Shown here: one piece after another, positions 53,299 to 64,000 of the stretch | Position numbering within the stretch: the first letter of the stretch is position 1 | Layout: every line of letters starts with the position of its first letter | NCBI GenBank assembly: GCA_028534125.1 | Contig: CM052816.1 | Coordinates: 88,352,001 to 88,416,000, forward strand | Length of the DNA stretch: 64,000 nt | Source: Lama glama | Lineage: Eukaryota | Reading direction: 5' to 3' | Translations under genes and position numbers: made by a program | Notes under the pieces: generated by a model | Told to the model about the DNA's origin: nothing | Database searches by the model: none | The model's input: only the letters and a program-made list of their open reading frames with translations

Positions 53299-55497
53299 CA
53301 AGAGAGCTAGAGAGAGCACAACAGGAAAAAGGACATTTATAGAGAAAATTATTAGAATAGAATAGAGGGGAAGTGTTTTCAGTTTCTACTAACCCTATCA
53401 AGTGAGGGAAAGACTCCTTTCACAAGCATATCCCATCAATGATTTTGCATGGTTGCCTTCTCCTCTGAATGACTGTCCTTATAGTCTGCCAAGTATAGAA
53501 AAAGTAGAGACATTAAACGCCATATTAAGACAAAAATTACCCAGCCTTTCAGAAGGGCTCTACCTCCCCTGGTCTGCAGTGGTTCCTTTGTGTATTTCTT
53601 TACCCCATAGGCTTTCCTTTATGACATTGTTACTGGGTGATCTGTGAGGTCAGATCTGGCTCTACCACAAGTCAAGCCTGCAGTGCTGTGTTCAGCTTCC
53701 ACAGTGCAGCCAGAGATTGATGCAAACCATTGCCTGTAGTTCCATATTTCTATTAAACAGTGATAGTTTTGAAATTTTATTATTTTATGACAATATATGG
53801 ATAGATAACGTTATTCCACATTCTAAGAGATCATATAATAGAAAAGAGCTGAAAAATTCATACAGTTCTCTGCCTCCTTCCCTTGCGCATTTCCTTGTCT
53901 GTTTTAAATAACTGAACTGGATTTCTTCAGATTATTTTTGAATCAAACATTTTGGTATAACTCATCATAGAAAGCAATTTATTCCTAATCTCACAAGATG
54001 TATTTTCTTTGATGGAAAATCTAAGAAAACTCTTTACTGGAGTTCTAATTCTACTTTATAGTGTAAGTCTCCTTTATTCTAGGAGTTCCATTTACAAAAC
54101 TTTTTATTTTCTTTTTTTTTCTTGAATTTGTGGAGATTTAATACTCATAGATACTAGAGATGAGTAAAATGATACAACAGAAAGGACACTGTTATAGTAT
54201 ACTGATTTTGTTATAATGGTAACCTTTTAAAACAGAAAAAATAATTTTATCCCTTATCTTGAATGTGCTTGGTGCTTTTTAATGTTCATCTATTTTGAGT
54301 GAGTAAGTTATAAAAATAGGTATTAGTTTGGAATGTCATTATCTTTGCTTTTCCACGTTAGCAGTGTGTCTTCCTTTGGAGAACAGGCACTTTTCAAACA
54401 ACAAGAAAAGTGCAGTTTAACTGTTAACACCTTATCAGCATCCTCTTGAGCTTGAATATGCCTCTTGGTATGAAACCGTCAATGCCTTTGTAGATGTGGC
54501 TTCAGGGGTCAACTCCAAACTGAGCAGAGAAGTTGATGTATTGATTTGTACATCAATTTTATTACTTAATTATGGTCCCAAATGTTAACTTTTGGTCTGA
54601 TTAAAATTGAAATTAGAAGCATTTGTAGTTTTAAAGTTCTAGTTTTAAAATAGATGACATTTTAGTCCTAGGTACAAATATAAACAGTGACATCACCTTG
54701 CAAGACACATGCTGTTGTTTTGTTTAGTTGTTGTGCTTGTCATTTCCTAGTGCTAATTATGTTTCAGAAGTTAAAATGGTAAATATTGCTTTTATCACTT
54801 GGCACATTCCTTCTTCAAACACACATATGTGCACACACACACACTCACACACAATTATATGGTTGCTATGGTAAAATGACTTTCCTGAAAAAAAGTGTTC
54901 ACCTCAACTTGGTATAATCAAATTTATAATATTCTCAGCAAGCTTTGTGCTTTTGAGTAGATAACTTTTAACTCATGTGCCATTGTTATTCAATTGACAC
55001 AAAAAAATACAGGACAAAGGCCTTTTTGTATTTTTGTATTTCTTCATCAACTGCATGAGATCCTCAGTAAATGCAAATAAATCTTTTCTATGTGCTAAAT
55101 TTTGTTTTAATACTTGGGGATGTTTATCCTTCATCTTTATAATTTATCAAAAGTTGTTTACACTTAACAAATTATCTCCTACTTGGCTAATGTTCCTTGA
55201 GTTCAGATATAAAGCCATCTATATAATTTCACCTATTATTTAAAATTAAAATTAAGTAAAAATCTAAATAGCCTAATTTCCTATGTCAATATCTTTTCAG
55301 AAATAGAGAACTATATATTTCTCTGTGTGATTTTAAAAATGCACTTAAAAAATCTTCTATCTATGCAGTAAGCCCTATTAATTCCTTTAGCTCACCATTT
55401 ATATTCAACATTATGAATCCATGGAAACAAATATTTAGGAAATAAGCAACACGTTACAGCTTTTCAAATAAATATGTTTGGAAAAGAGAATAACAAT

Positions 55498-55893
55498 TGT
55501 CAGTCTAAAACAAATTGAGTGTCAGTTATTTCTCCAGCAAAAATGGAGTTTGCTCAGCAGAGAATTGCAATTCTGGATCTGCAACCATGACGATCCTCAT
55601 GCAAGTTCCCCCCAAAAAGGAGAGGAGAATTCTTTTAAACAATGGAAAAGGAAGCCAATTGGGCTATGGTAAACAAAGAACTCTTTGTACTCTAGCCATT
55701 GGAGGAATTAAGAGTTCAAAGTATAGTGGTTTTTCATTGGCTGAGTTGTGACAGTCTCTCATTGGCTGAGTGTCTGCAAGGCACAAAGAGGAAGTCTTTC
55801 TTCCAGTTGGGTTTTGCTATCCTGTACGGCATGAGAGCCCCTTCTGGCCTCCTGTTCTATTTTAATTCAAGGTTCTACTTATTAATTTTCACA
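55498..55893 (-). mobile_element. ERV1-class solo LTR (laurasiatherian type)
   Basis: TGT...ACA termini, 4-bp flanks caat/taat (3/4 TSD match), duplicated tcattggctgagt CCAAT boxes; the minus strand begins TGTGAAAATTAATAAGTAGAACC. Confidence 0.7.
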
Positions 55894-56662
55894 TAATAAA
55901 TGAGTTCTGTCTTACAGTATCAAAGCAATTTTGAATTCGTAATAATTTATTAAATTTCAAATAGATTCTATGCCAGGAACAGAAATTAAAACTGTACTTT
56001 CTCAAGGGAATATATTATCATATTTCAAATCTATGAAACATTCATATCACCTATACTATTATTTAATATTTAATGCAATTAAAAACTAAGTGTTTAATTA
56101 AAAATAAAATGTAATAGCTGGAAGAAAATCTAAGTTTTATTAAAAAGAAGAAAAGTTTTAAAAGTTATATTTTAAAATTTATAAATCCACAGTTACTATA
56201 GTTATGCAGAATAGCATCATATATGAGAATTGGCCTCCAAATTTTGCTAATAAATAAAAAGTGGTCAAAATCACTCTTCAAATCTCCTTGGACTATGTCT
56301 CACAGAAATTGCTATGCTGTTATTAATATGTCTATTAAAATGTATCTTTTTTCCTATGTTAGAATATTTTTTCTTTAGATAAACACTAGTTAAGCAGTTG
56401 TCTTACTCTTAGAACTAACATTCCATTAAAAATGTATACCCTTCAACAATAAAATCACACTCAGATGGATGAACTGCTCATATAACAAATGCCAGGGTAG
56501 ATTTGAGACCAACCAGGAGAGCATCAGATGTAGGTGTCCCTTTTTATACATGTTATGTTCAACCCTGAGAGGAGACAAGGAGAGGAATCACTTGTGAAAC
56601 TTTACTTTTTCTCCTTTATTTTCTATTTCAGCCAAGTGACTTATATTTCAATTTTCTAAGTG

Positions 56663-56722
56663 ATATATATATATATATATCTTATATTATATAGATATAT
56701 TTATATTTATATATATATATTT
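56663..56722. repeat. (TA)n-rich microsatellite, interrupted
   Basis: read directly. Confidence 0.85.
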
Positions 56723-57287
56723 TTTAATTTAGAGATTACACTATTATAAAATAAATAAAATATTTTTTTCTATTAACAAAAAAGAAACCTTAGTATGTTT
56801 CTCAGTAAGAATATTGAAGAGATTATCAATCAATGTAGTTTAGGTTAACACAAGTACAAGTTTCTATAGAAAATAAAAACATTTGTACTATTTCAATATG
56901 GCACTGATTTTTGTATAAAGATGGAAGAGTTGAAGGTACTATTTTTACCAACGAAGTTGGCAACTGAATATATGTAGAATATATTTCTAAATAAAACGCA
57001 GTATATATTTTGTTCAAAATATTTTCTTTGAAGAAATTCTTCAGAGTGAATCTGCCCAGTGTCTTTTTCCGATTGTGTTATATCATTTCCAGATGCCCAG
57101 TATATGATGCAAAATAACTTCTTTATCTACTCATCACTGTTATCTCTTTGGGAAAACAATATTTATATTTTTATAATTTCTAAAATAGCTTTAAGGTGAT
57201 ATTCAAGGGAATTAGTAGAAGTTCTAGGTAATATAAAGAATTTTACTTTTTGGTTAGTTATTGGCCAAATAAGTACGTTTAGCAATC

Positions 57288-58110
57288 TGTGATAGACATG
57301 ACCAAAGACAGCCACCATCAATTCCTTCCTATCCTGTTTGCAAATCCAATTCTCCCTAGTCAAAGAAAAGTCTATTTTACCTCCTCTTAAATTTGAGATC
57401 GCCTTGTAATGAACTTTGTTTAATAGAATGCAAGACAGTGATGCTAGGAAAATTTCAGGTCTGGTAGTTTATTTATTTACTTATTAATATATTCATTTAT
57501 TTATTTTTAATTGAAATATATTTGACATATATAAATTTACAATGTACAGCATGTTAATTTGATATAGTTTTATTTTGTAATTTGATTGCCATTGTAGTGA
57601 TAGTTAGCAGCTCTATCATATCACATAATTATTATTTCTTTTTGTGGTGGGAATAATTAAGATCTAGTGTCTTATCAAGTTTGATTATCCTAGTACCATA
57701 TTGTTTATATTCACTATATTATGTATTAGATCTCCAGGACTTACTTGTCCACACTACTTGGAAGTTTGCACTGTTAAACAATGTTGTTTCAGATCCAGTA
57801 ACTTAAGTTTAAAAATAAGAAGCCTGGCAGTTTCTGCATTAGATCTGGAGAACGCCATTCACCACATAGAAAATCCTACTTTCCCAAGACTACTGTGTTG
57901 TGAGGAAGTTTAAGAAAGCTAGACAGAAGTGTGACATGTAGGAGAGCAGAGGACCTAGTCAGCCGTGAGAACTAAGTCTCGGACATAAAACACCAGTTGA
58001 GTCATCCCAGCTGCTCACGGCCATTCCAGCTCTCCCCATCAAGGACTCAGCCGCTGTAGAGGGACACAAGCCATTCTGCTCTTCCCTATCTGAATTCTTA
58101 ATTCATAGAA
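57288..58110 (+). mobile_element. MaLR solo LTR (MLT1G/H-like) split by an L1 insertion
   Basis: 5' part agtctattttacctcctcttaaatttgagatcgccttgt...aatagaatg; 3' part agcctggcagtttctgc...tgttgtgaggaagtttaag...acaagccattctgct...ctgaattcttaattcataga. Confidence 0.75.
57471..57786 (-). mobile_element. L1 3' end (L1MA9-like) nested in the MLT1 LTR
   Basis: tgattgccattgtagtgatagttagcagctctatcatatcacataattattatttc...aataattaagatctagtgtctta...attagatctccaggacttac; decayed (attt)n tail; 13/18 TSD-like flanks. Confidence 0.85.
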
Positions 58111-58132
58111 AAGAAGCTTCAAATGCAGTAGG

Positions 58133-58562
58133 TTTTATGGTAAAGGGGAGTTAAGGTAGCAGATGGAATTTAGTTTGCTAATAAGCTAACTTTGAAATGG
58201 GGAGACTATCTTAGATTATCTGGATGGACCCAGTATAATCACAAGCAGCCTCATAAGGAAGAGTAAGGCACAGAATCACAGTAAGAGAAAGATTTGAAAA
58301 TGGTACACTGCCAGCTTCGAAAATGGAAGAAGGGGCCGCAAGCCAAGGAGCTCAGAAAGCCTGTAAGAACTGGAAACATCAAGCAAACTGATTTTCTCCT
58401 AGACACTCCAGAAGAAACTCAGGCATGTGGAAAACCTGATGTTAGCTCAGTAAGACCTATTTCTGGACTTCTTACCTTCAAAAGTGAAAGACTGTAAGTT
58501 TTTGTTGGTGTTAGCCACAATTCTGTGGTAATCTGTTAAAACAGTAAGAGACAACTAATAGA
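58133..58562 (+). mobile_element. MaLR LTR (MLT1D-like), 5' end missing
   Basis: ttaaggtagcagatggaatttagtttgctaataagct, gattatctggatggacccagtataatcacaag, ggaagaaggggccgcaagccaagga, gattttctcctagacactccagaag and the terminus acaactaata. Confidence 0.88.
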
Positions 58563-58704
58563 AGTGTGGGTAGCAAAGGGTGTTTAATATTTTCTCTACT
58601 GCTATACTTTAAGCCCTATAAAGAAAAGAGATTTCATCCTGTTGATTATAATGCTGTTTCTTTTATTAAAAAACAAACAAACAAACAAAACACATATTAG
58701 TTTC

Positions 58705-59062
58705 CTATTGCAAGAAACCGGCTTATGCCACTGTCAGGGCTGGCAAGACAAGTCTGAAATTTGTAGGACAGATATTCAGGAGGGTAGATCAGAACTCTTG
58801 AGCACAGGCTGAAGCTATCGTCCATAGACAATATTTCTTAATCAGGGAAGCTTCAGACCTGCTTTTAAGGCCCTCCAACTAGCTGAAACAGGATCATCTG
58901 AATTATGCAGCATAGTCTTCCTTTCTTAAAATTAATGATTATATATTTGAATTTAATTTAATTTAATCATATCTGCAAAATACGCTCACAGAAAAACCAA
59001 GATCAATGTTTGGTGGTACTGGGGACTAGTTCAGCTCAATTAGTACCTCAAAGGACCAACAC
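58705..59062 (-). mobile_element. ERVL LTR (MLT2D-like)
   Basis: gctggcaagacaagtctgaaatttgtaggacag, caggctgaagcta, gcttttaaggccctccaact, ttaatcatatctgcaaaatac and tggggactag. Confidence 0.75.
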
Positions 59063-61215
59063 ATCTGGTAAAGCCAGTATTTTGAACAGGGAGTGAGGCT
59101 GATCAAAATAAATGGATGAAATGGAGGTGAATGTACTAAGCTACTACCAAAACAGTAGGCAGTGTTTCCACCTTGGTTTTGTTTCCTGGATGTAAGAGAG
59201 ACTCCCATAAGAAGGAGAAGGTTCTGTGTCTCCTAGGCCATTTTCTCGGCAGAGAAGGGGGTGCGAGGAATTGTGGGGACAAAAGGCTAAGGCTCACAAT
59301 TTGTAAATTTGAATTTGCCTTTTATAATGACTCCACTGAGAGAAGCTAGAGGTTCAGGTTGCCACATAACTTCTTAAAACATCAAAATCTAGGTACTTCT
59401 TTTCTACATGAGTAAACCATAAACCCTTTCTAAGAACTGATGAGTGTTCTCTGGTGACCCTTAATTTAGAAAGATGAAACTTCATGACCTGAAGGAGAAG
59501 AGAGAAGTCAGAATAGTCATAAATTGGTGAACTTCAAAAAGATTGCTTAAAGGAATACTGAAAATCTATATTTGAAGATCACAGATTTTGTTCATAAAAA
59601 GCCCATATATGCTACTTGAAAGTATTCTTTTTTTCCCCGAGGATTAAACATTGAAGATCTATTCAATTACCGCTATGTCTGGGAAAGTGAAATAAAGGGA
59701 CCTTTTTGTTGCTTGAGACATAAAAAGTTTAGACTATATAGCATGTGAGTCTGCTGATTACAGAGGCTGATTTCCTCTTCAGAGTTCTTCTGTCTCAGCA
59801 ATGGAAAGTCCTGATGCATCCTGCAGTATTGTGGAGACAGAAAACAAGGTCCAGTTTTCCTTTTTGGGCTATATTCACGTAATTATCCCAATATTAGTAA
59901 GAAATCTAGTGAAAATAGGAGACAGCAGACGAGGTCCTCATTTTTATTTTCCTAACTTAATGGAGGGATCTGGGAATGAGAATGGTGTGTAAGTGAGATT
60001 GACCTAAAAGAGGATAGAAGGTAGGGAGGATAATGAGTATAGGGGTACATTCCCATGTGATGATCCCCTCCATGGACTTAAAAAGCACCAAGGATTACAA
60101 ATAAGGTTGCATCCACTGATGGTTCCCCCCAGATCATCACATCATTAGAGACTGTCACACTGTGCTACATACTTTCTGATATACACAAACATGCCCTTAT
60201 AGGATTTTTTAAAAAAAAATTAACTTAAGACTGTAGAATTCTTGTGTTTTTTTTGCCGATGTTGGAAGGAAAATAGTAAAGACGGAAATTACAGTCATGA
60301 GTGAAAAGTAATGAGGGCTCAGAAACACTGTAGGCAGATAGCACAGTTAAGATTTTACTGTTGATGCAATCTGTGTGAAATCTGATCTAATGATTGGTTT
60401 AGATCTGATGACGATAACTTTAGGCATTTTTCAAATGTCAGTTTATAAAAGCAGATGGGATTAAGGAGGGTCAATCCGTAGTTTCTGGAAGCAGTATATT
60501 TTGATCAGTAGTATAGTTAGCCTAACCTATAATATGAAGTGTTTTGTTTTTGTTTTTGTTTTTGGTCACAGCATCTCATTATAACTGAAACAATTTCATT
60601 CCAGTTGAATGCAGGTAAAGCAACCAATTTCATACCATTGAAAGTGCCAAGAAATCCATATCACAGTCACAATGAGAATCTCCTATGTGAATTTCGGTTG
60701 GGAGATCAGGTAGTCTGTCTTCAAGTTTCAGTCCAACGAACACTATGTCACATCATTACATAAAAATAAACATGAGAAAGACATAGAACAAAATGCTGCT
60801 TATTTGCTTTAAAAGTAGGCTTGACCTAAACAGAATTTACCTTCTTGAGAAGTGAATGCAGGGGTAGAGATTCTTTTCCTTGAGATTAATTTGCAGTAGG
60901 GTGCCCCAAAAGCTTTAAAATCAGTTACTTTGATTATATAGTTCTGTCTTGTATCTGGATGGAAATTTGTCCAAAAAAGAGTTGTGAGGAAACAGGTATC
61001 TATTGTAGTTACTGTATTATGTCACAAGCTGATTTCATTTTTCTTTTCTTTCAGAGAACACTGGGGCCATTTTAGAGGAGGTGCACATCTTTATGAAGCT
61101 TCACTGAATGTCTGTGTAGACGCAGGTCTGATCTTTGACTACAAAATACCTAATTCTTTGAAGTTTGATCTGAAACAGAATAGGGATGTTTCCTTTAACC
61201 ATATAGCACGATATC

Positions 61216-61314
61216 ATATATATATGTATATATATATACATATACATACATATATATGTAAGCTTAATATATATATATTATATTATATATATATTATAAT
61301 ATAATATATATATA
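61216..61314. repeat. (TA)n/(TACA)n-rich low-complexity tract
   Basis: read directly. Confidence 0.9.
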
Positions 61315-61954
61315 AAAATTGCCTTCTCCAATTTTCAAGTCTCTTGGGAATCCAACTGGATTGATTCTTCTTTTTCAGGTTGGCACATGTTGAACTCCAG
61401 TTAACAGATGTTGCGAGAATAACAGAAACTGAAAATACAGCAAACGTCATAGAAAGGTAATTTCTTAAAAGACAAAAATCCACGGAAAACATGCTGTCAA
61501 ACTTCAGAGCAGAGGGTTTGATTTTGTTGTAGAAGTTACAGTATGAGGTTCTGTTAAATCGAGGGACTGGTTTCTGTCTCATTTCCTACATGCTCAGGAT
61601 GTTAAAGCTTATCCTCACCCTCATATACAATAATAAATCTGCTGAAAATAAAACAGAACATCTAACAACCAAGTCTGAGAGCTGTCAAGAAAATAAGGGG
61701 AAGGTGCTGTAGTTAAAAAAGAATGTTGGAATTTGGAAGAGGGGAGAAATGATCAACCATTCAAAGAAGGGTGATTTCCCTTCTAATCAGTTGAGAACTG
61801 TTTACAGCAGAATACCCTATAGAGTCTTGGGTCTGCTGATGAATTAATGAGTTAATAAATTTATAGTTGATCCAAAGTTATCTGACTTGTGGGATTTGTG
61901 TGTTAAGAACAGTATGAGTTAATTATGTGGAAAAGGGCTATTATTAGTAGCAGA

Positions 61955-62130
61955 ATTTTTAATATTTGGATTGAGACAGGATAGAGTTTGAATTCTAACC
62001 CTATCTTATTTTGATCTGAGATGTAGCCTCTCTAAGCTAATATTTACATCTTTATAATAAAGATCACAATTCCTTTCCCTATGTCTACTTTAATTAATTT
62101 AAGATTGTTGTTAAATACAATTATGTTTCC
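61955..62130 (+). mobile_element. MIR fragment
   Basis: ttggattgagacaggatagagtttgaattctaaccct...agcctctctaagctaatatttacatctttataat. Confidence 0.5.
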
Positions 62131-63501
62131 AAATATAATCAATCACTCAGATTATAAAATAAAACGCGTTTTCTCAAAATGAAGAGATGGGTATATGATT
62201 TCATTGATTTCAGTAAATTGTCATGTTTAAATCCTTCTAGCTTAAATACGTAGGGTTCTGTTAATTATTTTTATAGCTTTAGTTGATAACTTGTACTTTT
62301 TATCCTTTATTTGAAATGACTTCATTTCATGTTCTCCCCATAATCATCACTGTTTCTGGCAGAGCTGCTGGCAGAAAACATCATCCTTCAACTCTCAGCT
62401 ATCGTCCTGGGGTGGGAATTGGGGTGGTGATGGGGGCAGAGGACAGAGGAAGAGGCCAGCTGTTTACGATACTTGCAAATGTTTCTACTTTATAACCATC
62501 AAGGACTTAATAAAATGTTGATTTTTTTCCTTTCTCTATTCATTTGTAAATGGTGCAAAACAAACAAACCAAACAAACCAACAAAACAAAACCCTTACAG
62601 AAGCAAACAAAAGCAGTCAAACAACTAAGTTAGGTTCTGCCAGAGAAAGTAGCATTCAAATGACAATTTAGTAAGACATTCATGGCAGCTAATTCAACCT
62701 TTCATCTGAAGATTAAACACTACGGCACTGTTTCCAGCACCTGTGGCAGATGGTCAGTGAAGAGGAAACTGTCCTGGTCAGCACATCTCCATCTTTAAAT
62801 CCCCACACACAAGTCACAGATGGCAGTGGGAGTTCATCTCAGTGCAGCAAGGGCTCTGAAAACAGACCTCCGTCCACCCGAGAGATGCTGTTACAGAGAT
62901 GCCTGCCGTGTCTGTAAGTGAACCAAAATCCAAACCCTGCCCTGGGATGATAACACTGAACAAAGAACAGCACAGATTCTAAAACTGGAGATCTTCAGAG
63001 CGAGGAGTTATATACATACAGTGAATTAAAGTCTCTAGTCCAACATATATAAAAATCACCACGAAGACCAAAATAATTGCTATTTTCGTCAATTTCATTT
63101 CCTTCTCTTTGAATCTAGTAGCAAGAAATCTGACACATATAAAAGGAAATAAAACCTCTCTTACACTGCCCTCCTCCAAACTCCCTTATTATTAATTAGA
63201 GCTTATACAGAAAGGAACTGTCCTGCAAATATGTTTAATTTGGTTGGCCAACACATATTAGAATCGGCTACTGACATATAAAATTTATGAACTATCCATC
63301 TGCAAATCTCTTCGGCTTGCTTACCTTATAAAAAAATAAAGACCGTTCCACTTAACAAGCTGGATCGGCTGGCCGTGACCCCAGTGGAGACGTGTGCCTT
63401 CTCTAGTTTGCCACGATGCCGGAAATGTCCTGTTGACTTAACGCCTGGGCTGCATCACTCATGAATGTCACCTGCCTGGTCTCTAGTTCAGTACATCTGA
63501 A

Positions 63502-63686
63502 ATACTTGTTCCCCAGCTTTAATGGGAATCAGATCACCTGCAGGGCTTGCTGAAATGGACTGCTGTTATCCCATCCCCAGAGTCTCTGTTTCAGCAGAGC
63601 TTTGGGGCTCAAAAATGTGCATTTCTAAAAAGTTTCCAGGTCATGCTGATGATGCTGGTCTGGAGTTCACCCCTGGAGAACTCTGC
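63502..63686. mobile_element. MER5A MITE (hAT-Charlie)
   Basis: atcacctgcagggcttgctgaaa...ccccagagtctctgtttcagcag...tgcatttctaaaaagtttccaggtcatgctgatgatgctggtct...gagaac. Confidence 0.85.
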
Positions 63687-63789
63687 CTCTGGCACAGAAT
63701 TGAATCAACGAGTATGTTTAGTATGTTCTTAGTCCAGTATCATGTTCATAGGAGAAGGAAACCCCCCTCAAGTAACTTCACCTCCACTA

Positions 63790-64000
63790 GTGAGTTCAGT
63801 ACTTTGCTAGGGCTTTCCTAACAGAATGCCACAGAGTCGCTTAAAGAACAGAAACTTATTTTTTCACAGTTTTGGAAACTGGAAGTGAAAGATCAAGATG
63901 CCAGCAGGTTTGGGCTCTTTGAAGCCTCTCTCCTTGGCTTGCAGATGGCAGCCCTCTTGTCTCTTCCCACGGTCTACCCTGGATGTACACCTCCTGGTGC
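63790..64000 (-). mobile_element. MaLR LTR (MLT1A-like), runs off the window end
   Basis: ttgctagggct...aacagaaacttatttttt...ctggaagtgaaagatcaagatgccagcagg...gcctctctccttggcttgcagatggc. Confidence 0.88.

Noticed and set aside
2960..55080. Scattered octamer motifs (ATGCAAAT/ATTTGCAT)
   Set aside because: Not clustered; several are expected by chance in AT-rich sequence.
1..64000. CRISPR array, tRNA/rRNA/snRNA genes, processed pseudogene, NUMT or endogenous viral coding sequence
   Set aside because: By eye I saw no regular repeat-spacer array, cloverleaf or rRNA-like segment, mitochondrial-like sequence, or long decayed non-TE reading frame; tRNAscan-SE, Infernal and BLASTX would be needed to exclude weak relics.

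Overview
AT-rich, CpG-depleted eutherian genomic DNA that reads as intergenic or deep-intronic. I recognise no protein-coding gene, RNA gene, CpG island or prokaryotic-type system. All supplied ORFs are short (60-162 aa) and look like chance ORFs or translated repeat remnants. The window is dominated by old interspersed repeats: MIR, L2, a CR1/L3 relic, L1M fragments, many MaLR/ERVL (MLT1/MLT2) solo LTRs, ERV1-type LTRs, and DNA-transposon MITEs (MER44, MER20, MER58, MER5). One young 5'-truncated L1 has a perfect 15-bp target-site duplication (29155-29423). Its 3' end resembles camelid L1s, and I saw no Alu, BovA/BovB, PRE-1 or Can-SINE, so a camelid source is plausible (inference). I found no convincing novel biological system. 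The best leads are modest: a few exon-like segments, a near-consensus CTCF motif, an E-box cluster next to a small CpG-enriched promoter-like patch, and some nested or inverted repeat structures. Repeat family names come from recalled consensus sequences, not a database search, and most boundaries are approximate (tens of bp).
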